NCBI GenBank assembly: GCA_017404025.1 | Contig: JAFRDD010000013.1 | Span: 1-62,866, forward strand | Origin: Clostridia bacterium | Lineage (GTDB): Bacteria > Bacillota > Clostridia > TANB77 > CAG-508 | Length of the DNA: 62,866 nt | Direction of reading: 5' to 3' | Shown here: piece by piece, positions 1-9,540 of the stretch | How the letters are laid out: each line of letters starts with the position of its first letter | How positions within the stretch are numbered: position 1 is the first letter of the stretch | Notes under the pieces: generated by a model | What the model was told of the DNA's origin: nothing | Seen by the model: the letters and a program-made list of their open reading frames with translations, nothing else | Database searches by the model: none | Made by a program: the position numbers and the translations under genes

Positions 1-139
1 AATCCTACTGGAAATTATTGCCAATTTCTAATAGGTTATTTTCTGTGTTTATTTTTCTTTTCTTACTAACCCTAAACTATATTTATTTATTAATTTTATG
101 TTACTTCATTTTTATAATTTAGTTTCGCAATTATCTAAT

Positions 140-290
140 AGAAAAATGGTCTGTTACCTAATCTCTCTATGGAAAGCACATCCACATAAAACTAGCTATT
201 TATTGCTGCTTCCTTCCGGATCTGACAAGGTTCATAGCCTCTTTATTGGTTTTGCTTTCCATACAAAGATTAAGTTACATACCATTCGTA
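140..290 (-). ncRNA. ffs: Signal recognition particle RNA (short 4.5S-like rod; ends approximate)
   Basis: Minus strand reads GTCAGATCCGGAAGGAAGCAGCA (plus 204-226), the conserved SRP domain IV motif. It sits inside one long imperfect hairpin (TATGGAAAGCA...TGCTTTCCATA; AATGGTATGTAAC...GTTACAGACCATT). TATAAT at 290-295 precedes it and a U-run at 142-146 follows. It lies downstream of tadA, as scr does in Bacillus. Confidence 0.7.
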
Positions 291-327
291 TTATATAATG
301 TATTTCGTTTTTTATCAAGTATTTCTA

Positions 328-1092
328 CTAATTTTTTATCCTTTTAAAGATAAATTTGCTTGTATCTGTTATTTCATTAGATGTAGTTCCCTCATTTACA
401 ACATCCCCAACAGGTAATTCAATATTTGCATTAGTCCTAAATGATTTTCCAGATTTTAAATTTATTGTAATATCAAAACTTGTCTTTACTTTTAAATCTT
501 CATTTGTTAAATTCAATTTTTTTAATAATTCCATATGATTTATTACTTCTTCATCATCAGATATATATTCTTTTATATTGCAATTTGCTATTCTAAACGC
601 TATCATATCTCCTTGATTTGCCATTTTTAAAGATTTCATTTCAGATACAGAATCACCTATATATTCTATTTTTTCCAATTTATTTTCTTCTGTTGTTCTA
701 AAAATAACATTTTCATTTTTACTGTCTGGCTTATATACCCCTATTTGTCCTGCTTCATTTGCTTTTTCAAAATTAAAATTATCAAAAACAACACTATCAA
801 TTATTTCTGTTTTTGAATAATTATTATTTTTTTCTATGTATATGTATATATCATTATTTTGATTAACTGAAAAATCCCACTTATTTTCTTTGTTTTCTTT
901 GTCATTTCCTTCCGATGTACTTATAATTGCTATTTTTTTCAATGTAAAAGGCATATTTTTTTCTCCTTCTACATCATATCTTAAAATTGTTCCAAACAAT
1001 ATACAAAGTAATACTGTAATTATAATTATTATTATAACTATATGGAACGCTTTTTTATCTGTTAGTGACTTTAAACTTTTTTTCATATTCAA
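328..1092 (-). CDS. Hypothetical bitopic membrane protein
   Basis: 254-codon ORF. N-terminal hydrophobic anchor (IVIIIIIITVLLCILFG), then a hydrophilic domain. No family recognised. Confidence 0.55.
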   Translation of the reverse strand: MNMKKSLKSLTDKKAFHIVIIIIIITVLLCILFGTILRYDVEGEKNMPFTLKKIAIISTSEGNDKENKENKWDFSVNQNNDIYIYIEKNNNYSKTEIIDSVVFDNFNFEKANEAGQIGVYKPDSKNENVIFRTTEENKLEKIEYIGDSVSEMKSLKMANQGDMIAFRIANCNIKEYISDDEEVINHMELLKKLNLTNEDLKVKTSFDITINLKSGKSFRTNANIELPVGDVVNEGTTSNEITDTSKFIFKRIKN

Positions 1093-1103
1093 ACCTTTCT
1101 TTT

Positions 1104-1559
1104 TTATTTTTTTAATTTTCTGAGTTTTTTAAAAAATTCTTTTAAAATTTTTTCACATTCCTGTTGAAGCACTCCTGTTTGAACTTCAACTTTATGATTA
1201 AATGTATAATCTTGTAATACATTTAATTTAGAACCTACGGCTCCAGTCTTTTCATCCATTGTTCCTATATATATTTTTTTTATTCTCGAATTAATTATTG
1301 CACCTGCACACATTGTACATGGCTCCAATGTAACATACATTTCACAGTCTATAAGTCTCCAAGAATTTAATTTTTTACTTGCTTTTTGTATTGCTAAAAT
1401 TTCTGCATGTTTTGTTGTATCTAATTTTGTTTCTTTTAAATTATGTGCTCTAGCAATTATTCTGCCATCTTTAACTATTACACACCCTACTGGCACTTCT
1501 AATTTATCATATGCCTTCTTTGCTTCTTTTAAAGCTTCTTTCATAAACTTTTCTTCCAA
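1104..1559 (-). CDS. tadA: tRNA-specific adenosine deaminase
   Basis: 151-codon ORF with the CMP/dCMP-deaminase zinc motifs HAEILAI and PCTMCAGAI. Size and neighbourhood (SRP RNA) fit TadA. Confidence 0.9.
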   Translation of the reverse strand: MEEKFMKEALKEAKKAYDKLEVPVGCVIVKDGRIIARAHNLKETKLDTTKHAEILAIQKASKKLNSWRLIDCEMYVTLEPCTMCAGAIINSRIKKIYIGTMDEKTGAVGSKLNVLQDYTFNHKVEVQTGVLQQECEKILKEFFKKLRKLKK

Positions 1560-1675
1560 TAATATCTTCCTTTCGTTTAGGGTATATATATTTTATCACA
1601 CTTTTTAAAAAATGTATACTATATTTTTTTAAATTGACAAAACTGAAAAATAATAGTATTATAATAAATATATAT

Positions 1676-1751
<76 letters not shown>

Positions 1752-1754
1752 AAA

Positions 1755-1775
1755 AGCAGTCTTAAATAGACTGCT
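1755..1775. terminator. Hairpin between convergent tRNA-Arg and LRR gene
   Basis: AGCAGTCT-TAAAT-AGACTGCT stem-loop flanked by A-run and T-rich sequence. Overlaps the LRR gene stop codon. Confidence 0.5.
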
Positions 1776-3425
1776 TAAATCATTTTATCCTCTTCTAATT
1801 TTAGATCTTCTTTGTCTTTTTTTATATGTTCATTTGCAGAATTTATAATTTCAGATGATAGTTGCTCTGTTAATTTTCCAATATTTTCTGCTGTTATACT
1901 ATATTCCCCATTTGCATTAGCAATATCTTTCTCTTGATTCTTTTCAGATGGATCATAATATACAATCTCTGGTCTTTCTTCATTATCCCCTATATCAAAA
2001 TAATCAAATGTACCACTACCTATTGGGACTTTAATCTTCTTTAATCTAGAGCATCCGCAAAAATGCACATTCGCTTATTTCTGTTAATCCACTAGAAATT
2101 TTTATTTCTTCCAATGATTTACAGTCACCAAATGCATAATCTCCTATATATTCTACTCCTTCTGAAACCTCTACTTTTTTTAATCCAGTACAGCCATAAA
2201 ATGTATCCATTGGTATACATTCTACTTTTTTAGGTATCTTTATTTCTGTTAATAACTCACATCCTGAAAAGGCTCCATTTCCAATTTCTTCTACCTCTTC
2301 TGGTATTTTTATTTCTGCTATTGATTTACAATTTCCAAATGCCTTTTCACCTATAACACCTACTTCTTTTGGTATTTCTATTTTTCTTAATTTGCTACAA
2401 CCATAAAAAGCTTTAGTCTGTATCAACTCTACTCCATCTGGAATTTTTATTTCTTCAAGTTCTGTACATCCTCTAAACATTATAAATCCTATATAATCTA
2501 TTCCTTTGGGAAGTTCTATTCTAGTTAAAGATTCACAATTACCAAAAACTCCACATCCCATAAAATCTATTTTTTCTGGCATTACTACTTTTTTTAATCT
2601 ACTACATCCCTCAAAAGCAGAATCTTTTATACATGTTACACTTTGTGGTATATTTATTTCTTTTAATCCAGAACAAAAATAAAAAGCAAAATCTTCTATA
2701 CGTGTTACACTTTGTGGTATATTTATTTCTTTTAATTCAGTACATTTAAAAAATTCTTGAGTTCCTATTTTAGTTACTCCTTGTGGAATAGTTATTGATT
2801 CTATTTGCGTTATATCATTATTAGGATATAAAATATTACTCATTTTTGTTATTTCTACAGTTCCAAAAGATACCAAATTCTCTTTTCTTGATTCATCTGT
2901 TTTAAACTCTTGAACTTTTCCTAAATAATGTATGTCATTTAGACTTGTACAATTTTCGAATGATTTATCACTTAGCACTACTACCGAATCTTTTGGAAAA
3001 ACTAGCTTTTTCAATTTTGTACAACCTCTAAATGCATCTACATCTATAAATTTAGTACTTGAAGGAATACTTATTGTTTCTAAAGATGAACATCCGTTAA
3101 ATGCATTTGCACCAATATATTCTAATTTCGATTCTCCTTGAAATTCTATTTCTTCTACACTAGTACAATTTTTAAATGCTAATTGTTGTATTTCTGTTAC
3201 ACTTTCTGGAATAATAATTTTCTTTATATTATTGGGAAAATTATCTTCTTTATTATTTTCCATATTATCATCTAAATCATCCCCTAATGAAAACCTTACT
3301 ATATTTTTTTTACTTTGATCTATAACATGTGCTTCAATCTTTGTTGTTCCTTCTTCTATTATTACTGTGCCATTTTTTACGTCAGTATCTACTATCTTTT
3401 TTAAAATTCCATCTTTTATTTCCAT
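1775..3425 (-). pseudogene. BspA-type leucine-rich-repeat protein, two frames joined at an in-frame CGG (frameshifted or recoded)
   Basis: ORFs 2046-3425 and 1775-2068 both carry about 15 repeats of the pattern AFxxCxxLxxIxIP. The 0 frame reads ...ISECAFL-CGG-ML-stop. Skipping the C at 2057 gives AFLGCSRLKKIKVP, a perfect next repeat, and about 549 codons in total. Confidence 0.75.
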
Positions 3426-3428
3426 ATT

Positions 3429-4157
3429 CTATACCTCTTTTTTTATTTTCCAATCTGGCAAATTTCTTTGAATAGCTCCAAATAAATTGGCCCTTATCAT
3501 AGGAATATCTTTTTGCCAAAGGAAAATTTGTTGTTTCATATTTTCTCTTTTTGAAGTTCCGTCCATCGGGCAAACTTTAGGCATAACTTTTAAATTATGT
3601 CTTTTTATAAAACCTTTTGTGTCTTTCTCTGTTGTATAAATTAAAGGACGAATTAAAGTTATTTTACTTCTATCCATATAACTTACAGGAGAAAAAGTAT
3701 TAATACTTCCAGTATATAATAAATTAAGTAAAAATGTTTCTAACACATCATCTTCATTATGTCCTAATGCAATTTTATTACAACCTTCTCGAATTGCAAT
3801 TGAATTTATTATTCCTCTTCTTAAGTTTGCACATAAAGAGCAAGGATTTTTTTCTTTTCTAATGTCAAAAACAATTTCTTGTGCATGACTATTTTCTGTA
3901 AAAAATGGTATTTCTAATGAATCACACATCTCTTGTAAAAAATCAACATCAAAAAATTCAAATCCCGGATTAATACTTATTGCTATTATTTCAAATTTTT
4001 TAGGATAAAATCTTTGTAATGCTTTAAATGCATGTAACATTGTTATTGAGTCTTTTCCTCCAGATAAGCATACTGCAATTTTATCTCCTTCTTCTATCAT
4101 ATTATATTCTTCTATTGCTTTTCTCATTCTACTTAATATTTTTTGCATTATTATCAC
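3429..4157 (-). CDS. ttcA: TtcA-family tRNA 2-thiocytidine synthase (PP-loop ATPase)
   Basis: 242-codon ORF with PP-loop SGGKDS and the CSLCANLRRG motif. Confidence 0.8.
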   Translation of the reverse strand: MIIMQKILSRMRKAIEEYNMIEEGDKIAVCLSGGKDSITMLHAFKALQRFYPKKFEIIAISINPGFEFFDVDFLQEMCDSLEIPFFTENSHAQEIVFDIRKEKNPCSLCANLRRGIINSIAIREGCNKIALGHNEDDVLETFLLNLLYTGSINTFSPVSYMDRSKITLIRPLIYTTEKDTKGFIKRHNLKVMPKVCPMDGTSKRENMKQQIFLWQKDIPMIRANLFGAIQRNLPDWKIKKEV

Positions 4158-4203
4158 CTTTTATTATTATAACATTTATGTCAAGAGTCTCTATAGAAAA
4201 TAA

Positions 4204-4250
4204 AAGAAGAATTTTAATTAGAACTTGTTATTCTTATTAAAATTCTTCTT
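4204..4250 (-). terminator. Rho-independent terminator after phosphoglucomutase gene
   Basis: Perfect 15-bp stem AAGAAGAATTTTAAT / ATTAAAATTCTTCTT with a 17-nt loop. On the minus strand it is followed by TTTTATTTT. Confidence 0.6.
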
Positions 4251-4257
4251 ATCTTTT

Positions 4258-5988
4258 TTATTCTTCAACAACTTTTACCATTGCTTCTTTTAATTTTTCT
4301 AGTTTTTCATTTGCATCCTGCTCTGTCATACCTTTTACACCCATATATAATTTTATTTTTGGTTCAGTTCCAGATGGACGTACACAGCACCAAGCGTTTT
4401 CTTCTAGCTCATAATATAAAACATTAGATTTTCCAAGTCCTGTTTTAGAAATTTCGCCTGTAGTCATATTCTTAACAATGTCTCTATCAATATCTTTGAA
4501 TGTTAGAACTTTGTAATCTCCAATTTTTTCAATATCTTTATTACGAGTTTTTGTCATCATATCTTTAATCATTTGTGCACCTTCTGCACCTTCTTTAACA
4601 ATTGAAACTTGTGTTTCTTTATAATATCCATATTTTTTATAAATATTTTGCATTTGATCCCACAAAGTAATACCTTGTGTTTTATAGTAGCAAGCCGCTT
4701 CTACAAGTGCCATAACTGCTGCAATTCCATCTTTATCTCTTGCATAGTCTCCAATTAAGCATCCATAGCTTTCTTCAAATCCAAATACATATTTATATCC
4801 ATCTTGTTTTTCTTCTTCAGCTTTCATTACAGAACCAATATTTTTAAATCCTGTTAATACATCAAATTCTTTTAATCCATATTCTTGTGCAATTGCACTA
4901 GTTAAATTTGAAGAAACTATTGTTGTAATTATCATTCCTTTTTCTGGTAAAATACCTTTTTTCTTCATTTCAGAAATTCTATATTCAGCAATTAATAATG
5001 CAGACATATTTCCAGTATATGTTTTATATTCACCAGTAGCCTTATCTTTAGCATAAATACCTAATCTATCGGCATCTGGATCTGTAGCTAAAACCACATC
5101 TGCATCAACTTTTTTAGCTAACTCTAAGGCCAATTTAAATGCTTTTTTGTCTTCAGGGTTTGGATAATCTACTGTTGGGAAATTTCCATCTGGATCTTTT
5201 TGCTCTGGAACAACATATAAATTTTTTATTCCAAGTTCTGTTAGAAGTCTTTCTACTACAGTATTTCCTGTTCCATGTAATGGAGTATAAACAACTTTTA
5301 AATCTTTTCCTTGTTCTTTCATTATCTCTGGATTTAATATTGATGATTTTAATACAGATAAATATTTATCATCCATTTCTGTTCCGATAATATTAAATAG
5401 TCCTTTATTTTTAGCTTCTTCTTCTGAAATTTCTTTTATTTCTGAATAGCTTTCTACAGCTCTTACTTTTGCAATTATATCTTTATCTCTTGGAGCAACT
5501 ATTTGAGCACCATCATCCCAATATACCTTGTATCCATTATATTTTGGTGGATTATGACTAGCCGTAATCATAACTCCAGCTGTACATCCTAATTCTCTTA
5601 CTGCATAAGATAACTCAGGAACTGGTCTTAAATTTTCAAAAAGATATGTTTTTATTCCATTTGCATTTAAAATTAAGGCTGTTAATTTACTAAACTCTTT
5701 TGACATTTTTCTTGAATCATAGCTTATTGCAACACCTTTATCTTGCACTCCTTGTTCTACAATATAATTTGCTAAACCTTGTGTTGCTTTTCCTACTGTA
5801 TATTTATTCATTCTGTTTGTTCCTGCTCCAATAACTCCACGAAGTCCGGCTGTTCCAAATTCTAATTCTTGATAAAATCTATCTTCTATTTCTTTTTCAT
5901 TACCTTTTATCTCTAGCAATTCTTTTTTAGTTTCTTCATCAAATTCTGGACTTTCTAACCATTTTTTATATTCTTCTAAATAATTCAT
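4258..5988 (-). CDS. pgcA: Phosphoglucomutase / phosphomannomutase (alpha-D-phosphohexomutase family)
   Basis: 576-codon ORF with the active-site loop TASHNPPKYNGYKVY and typical length. Confidence 0.88.
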   Translation of the reverse strand: MNYLEEYKKWLESPEFDEETKKELLEIKGNEKEIEDRFYQELEFGTAGLRGVIGAGTNRMNKYTVGKATQGLANYIVEQGVQDKGVAISYDSRKMSKEFSKLTALILNANGIKTYLFENLRPVPELSYAVRELGCTAGVMITASHNPPKYNGYKVYWDDGAQIVAPRDKDIIAKVRAVESYSEIKEISEEEAKNKGLFNIIGTEMDDKYLSVLKSSILNPEIMKEQGKDLKVVYTPLHGTGNTVVERLLTELGIKNLYVVPEQKDPDGNFPTVDYPNPEDKKAFKLALELAKKVDADVVLATDPDADRLGIYAKDKATGEYKTYTGNMSALLIAEYRISEMKKKGILPEKGMIITTIVSSNLTSAIAQEYGLKEFDVLTGFKNIGSVMKAEEEKQDGYKYVFGFEESYGCLIGDYARDKDGIAAVMALVEAACYYKTQGITLWDQMQNIYKKYGYYKETQVSIVKEGAEGAQMIKDMMTKTRNKDIEKIGDYKVLTFKDIDRDIVKNMTTGEISKTGLGKSNVLYYELEENAWCCVRPSGTEPKIKLYMGVKGMTEQDANEKLEKLKEAMVKVVEE

Positions 5989-6149
5989 AAATAACCTCCT
6001 AAAATTATTTGACTTTAATATATAACATTTGAGTTAAAAATACAATAGAAAATACTAAAAAAAGCACTATCATATTTTATTTATAGTTGTTCGTATTATA
6101 ACTTTATTATTTTATTGGAAATTGTATTGATTTTAATTTTGATAAAATA

Positions 6150-6455
6150 TCAATTTAGATAATCTCTTCTATGATAATACATATTTGAAATAAAAACTGT
6201 TTTGTCTTCCTCAATGATTGTATATAAAATGACATAATTGTAAATTATAATTTTTCTATATGACCTATTAAATCTATCCTTTTTTCCTATTTGTGGATAA
6301 CTTTTAGGAAACCTCTTTATTCTATTGAAACTTTCCATTAGCTTTTTTCTTATTTTATTTGATGCATTCAATTCATTTAGTGTAATATCCATATAATTTA
6401 ATACTTCTGTTATTTGTTCTACAAAAATTTCTGATATTTTAATTTTGTACTCCAT
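6150..6455 (-). CDS. RelE/ParE-family type II toxin
   Basis: ORF 6150-6491. Likely start is MEYKIKI at 6455, overlapping the upstream small ORF. The C-terminal part (...YRKIIIYNYVILYTIIEEDKTVFISNMYYHRRD) resembles RelE/ParE-fold toxins. Confidence 0.6.
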   Translation of the reverse strand: MEYKIKISEIFVEQITEVLNYMDITLNELNASNKIRKKLMESFNRIKRFPKSYPQIGKKDRFNRSYRKIIIYNYVILYTIIEEDKTVFISNMYYHRRDYLN

Positions 6456-6600
6456 ACTTTGTATCCCATTCTCTAAACAAATCTTCTGCATCTATAACTC
6501 TTCCATTTATATAATCATCTTCAGCTTTATAAATATTTTTTTGAATTTCTTCATCTAATAATTCTTGATTTACTATTTTATTTTTTATAACTCTATGCAT
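6439..6600 (-). CDS. Putative antitoxin partner of the RelE/ParE toxin (not in ORF track, 53 codons)
   Basis: MHRVIKNKIVNQELLDEEIQKNIYKAEDDYINGRVIDAEDLFREWDTKYGVQN. RBS AAAGAGGTG lies 6 nt upstream of the ATG at 6600. The stop overlaps the toxin start by 17 nt. Confidence 0.5.
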   Translation of the reverse strand: MHRVIKNKIVNQELLDEEIQKNIYKAEDDYINGRVIDAEDLFREWDTKYGVQN

Positions 6601-6718
6601 ATATAACACCTCTTTCATATCTTATTATTATAATATGAACAAAAATTATACTATTTAATAATATCATAAAAAACCGAAATTTGCAATTATAATTCATCAC
6701 AAATTTCGGCATTTTTCT

Positions 6719-7975
6719 CTATTTTAATCCATAAAATTTTTCATATAATTTTCTTGCTGTACTAGGACAATCAACACCTGCAGAATCTGCATTTTTTACT
6801 GGAGCAAATTCTTCTTCTCTTTTTACTCTTAAAATTGCCATATCATCAACTTCACCAAAAGCATCAAATAAGAAAGCTTCAAATTTATATGCATTTGGAG
6901 ATTCTGGTACAATTAAATTTCCATCTTTATCAATATATTTAGCTTTTTTGAAAGCACTGTGATATGGAAGTGGTGTAGCTCCCATTCTTTCTATTGCACT
7001 TACATTAAATAAATTACATAAAATATGAGATTCACCATATAGTAGCTCACCATTTTCATCAACGGCTTCAGCCATTTCATCAGTTATTTCTGAATATTCT
7101 ATAACATTTGGCTTTCCATTTCTTCTACAAAATACTCCAACCTTTTCATGTGGATTTGCTTTTACAATAGATTTACAAGCAACTGTTACATTTTTCTTAA
7201 TTGCAATACCCATTAAAACTGGGTCTACCATTTTTACTAAGCAGTTATCAACTCCACCAATAAAAACCCACTCTACTCCAAGTTCTCTCATTTTTTTAGT
7301 CATACCATTTTTTACTAAAGCTTCATAAATTCCACCATGACCATCTGCAGCTTTTTTTACTAAACCGTTTTCATCAATTAATATTTTTCCTTCTGTATCT
7401 ACCATAGGTAATTCACCTTGTTTGAAAAAGAAAATATTTACATCTTTTTTATATCCAAAGAATTTATGTTTTTCAAAAAACGCTACTGTTTCTTCATTAT
7501 TTTCTCTACTTGTCATTATAAACCATGGAATAGTAACACCATATTTTGCGCCTTCTTCTTTTAATCCATCACTTAATAATTCGAATAAAGATTTATGAGA
7601 ATCTAATCCAATATCATAAGTTCCTTTAGGTCCACTATGTCCAAGTCTTGTTCCTTGACCTCCAGCCATTGTTACAGCTGCAAGCTTTCCTTCTTTGATA
7701 GCTTTTTTACCTAAGTTTTCATATTCTTTATATTCTTCATTTAATTTAAATTTATCTAAATATTCTATAGGAGTTATTTCATCTTTTTCATTTTTTATTT
7801 CTTCTTTAGTCTTATTATATAGACTTTTTATTAATTCAAAATCTATTGTTTCTATTTGTTCTAATAAGGTTTTTTTCTTACTTTCATCTAATTTATCATA
7901 TCCATTTAATAAATGTTCTTGACCGTATTTTTTCAAAATAAATTTTATTTCATTTAAGTCTTTTTCCATAATCAT
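6719..7975 (-). CDS. UDP-sugar pyrophosphorylase (UDPGP family, UDP-N-acetylhexosamine/UTP-glucose-1-P uridylyltransferase-like)
   Basis: 418-codon ORF with MAGGQGTRLG nucleotide-binding loop and family-typical length. Confidence 0.78.
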   Translation of the reverse strand: MIMEKDLNEIKFILKKYGQEHLLNGYDKLDESKKKTLLEQIETIDFELIKSLYNKTKEEIKNEKDEITPIEYLDKFKLNEEYKEYENLGKKAIKEGKLAAVTMAGGQGTRLGHSGPKGTYDIGLDSHKSLFELLSDGLKEEGAKYGVTIPWFIMTSRENNEETVAFFEKHKFFGYKKDVNIFFFKQGELPMVDTEGKILIDENGLVKKAADGHGGIYEALVKNGMTKKMRELGVEWVFIGGVDNCLVKMVDPVLMGIAIKKNVTVACKSIVKANPHEKVGVFCRRNGKPNVIEYSEITDEMAEAVDENGELLYGESHILCNLFNVSAIERMGATPLPYHSAFKKAKYIDKDGNLIVPESPNAYKFEAFLFDAFGEVDDMAILRVKREEEFAPVKNADSAGVDCPSTARKLYEKFYGLK

Positions 7976-8071
7976 CTTCCTTTCCTTATTTTCTTGATTT
8001 TTCTATTATATAACTATTTATGTAATTAGTCAAGGTTTTTCATGGAATTGACTTACATACACTATATTTCC

Positions 8072-8539
8072 CTAGTAACTCTTTATTTTACTTTCTCCTG
8101 ATGTATTTAAATAATTTTCATATTTATTTGTTATTTGCGCCATATTATTTTTTAAGTCATCTACTGAATAACAATCTACTATTTTTAAATTTGTTTTTAT
8201 ATTGTTTTTACTTATGTTTTCATTAATACTTTTTATATATCCTTCTGTTCCTTTTACAAAAACAACAACATCTTTTGAATTATTTTCATAATTTTTTAAA
8301 GTGTCAAATTTTCCTAAATCATCATTTTTCCAATCTAAATTTAATATTCGTTCTTTTTTATCTTCTTTTAAATTCATTCTTGATACTAATACATCTATAC
8401 TATCTTCTAAATTATTTTCTGTAAAAATTACTATATTTTTATTTTCGTCTAATTTTTTATTTAAATATGGCAATATTATCATTTCAAAATGATAATCACT
8501 TGCGTAAAATGTACATGTTTTATTATTGTTTTCTAACAT
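8072..8539 (-). CDS. Hypothetical protein
   Basis: 155-codon ORF, soluble, Asn/Lys-rich. No family recognised. Confidence 0.45.
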   Translation of the reverse strand: MLENNNKTCTFYASDYHFEMIILPYLNKKLDENKNIVIFTENNLEDSIDVLVSRMNLKEDKKERILNLDWKNDDLGKFDTLKNYENNSKDVVVFVKGTEGYIKSINENISKNNIKTNLKIVDCYSVDDLKNNMAQITNKYENYLNTSGESKIKSY

Positions 8540-8770
8540 TAAAAATCATTCCTTTCATTGTTATATAATTGTTATATATTGAAAGTTTTGTCTTCTAGTA
8601 ATTTTTGAATACTGGTAAATTTTACCATTTATTTTAAAGCATGTCAATATTATTTTAAATAATTTCATCGTGTTTTTTCGACAATACACAAATTAATGTA
8701 TATTTTTATTTTTTTTGTTAATAATTGTATTAAAGAATATTTTTCTAAAAAAGTTTTTTGGAGGTAACAC

Positions 8771-9436
8771 ATGAAAAAATTTTTAAAAATAATTAATAAT
8801 CCCAAAATAAAATGCATATTTCTATTAGCATTCCTATTACTTATATATTCTACTATTTGTGCAATTTCTTATGCTCAAAATATATCTAATAATATTTCAA
8901 GTAGTGTTTTTAGGTTACATGTGATTGCAAATAGTGATACAGAAGAAGATCAAAATTTAAAATATAAAGTTCGTGATAATTTAATAAAATATATGAATAC
9001 AATTTGTTATAATTGCCCGAATAAAGAAGAAGCAATTAAAAAAGCTCAAGAACATAAAAAAGATTTTGAAAATATTGCTTTGCAAACTATAAAAGATAAT
9101 GGATTTTCTTATTCTGTAAACATTAATATTGGAAACTTTGAATTTCCAACAAAAACTTATGGAGATATTTCTCTTCCAGCAGGACATTATGATGCCCTAA
9201 GAGTAGAAATTGGTGAAGCAAAAGGTAGAAATTGGTGGTGTGTAATGTTTCCTCCACTATGTTTTGTTGATGTTTCTTCTGGTATTGTTCCAGAAGAGTC
9301 AAAAGAAATGATTCAAAATAACTTATCAGAAGAAGAATTTGCTTTAGTATCAGAAAATTCTAGTAATAATATAAAATTCAAATTTAAATTAATAGAATTT
9401 TTTGCCAATAAAGGGCTAATAACTGCAAAAAAATAG
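8771..9436 (+). CDS. spoIIR: Stage II sporulation protein R
   Basis: 221-codon ORF with signal anchor and the motifs FRLHVIANSD and NWWCVMFPPLCF. Confidence 0.85.
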   Translation: MKKFLKIINNPKIKCIFLLAFLLLIYSTICAISYAQNISNNISSSVFRLHVIANSDTEEDQNLKYKVRDNLIKYMNTICYNCPNKEEAIKKAQEHKKDFENIALQTIKDNGFSYSVNINIGNFEFPTKTYGDISLPAGHYDALRVEIGEAKGRNWWCVMFPPLCFVDVSSGIVPEESKEMIQNNLSEEEFALVSENSSNNIKFKFKLIEFFANKGLITAKK

Positions 9437-9540
9437 TTGCATATATTTAGTTTTTGTGTTATATTTTAGGGTATAGTAGAGTGTTTTTACACTCTTTTAA
9501 TTTGAATTATAATTTTTAATAATAAATGGAGGTTATTTAA

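Noticed and set aside
98-298. 66-codon plus-strand ORF
   Set aside because: It lies antisense across the SRP RNA gene and has no RBS.
3382-3573. 63-codon minus-strand ORF spanning the ttcA / LRR junction
   Set aside because: It overlaps the 3' end of ttcA and the 5' end of the LRR gene out of frame, and has no RBS.
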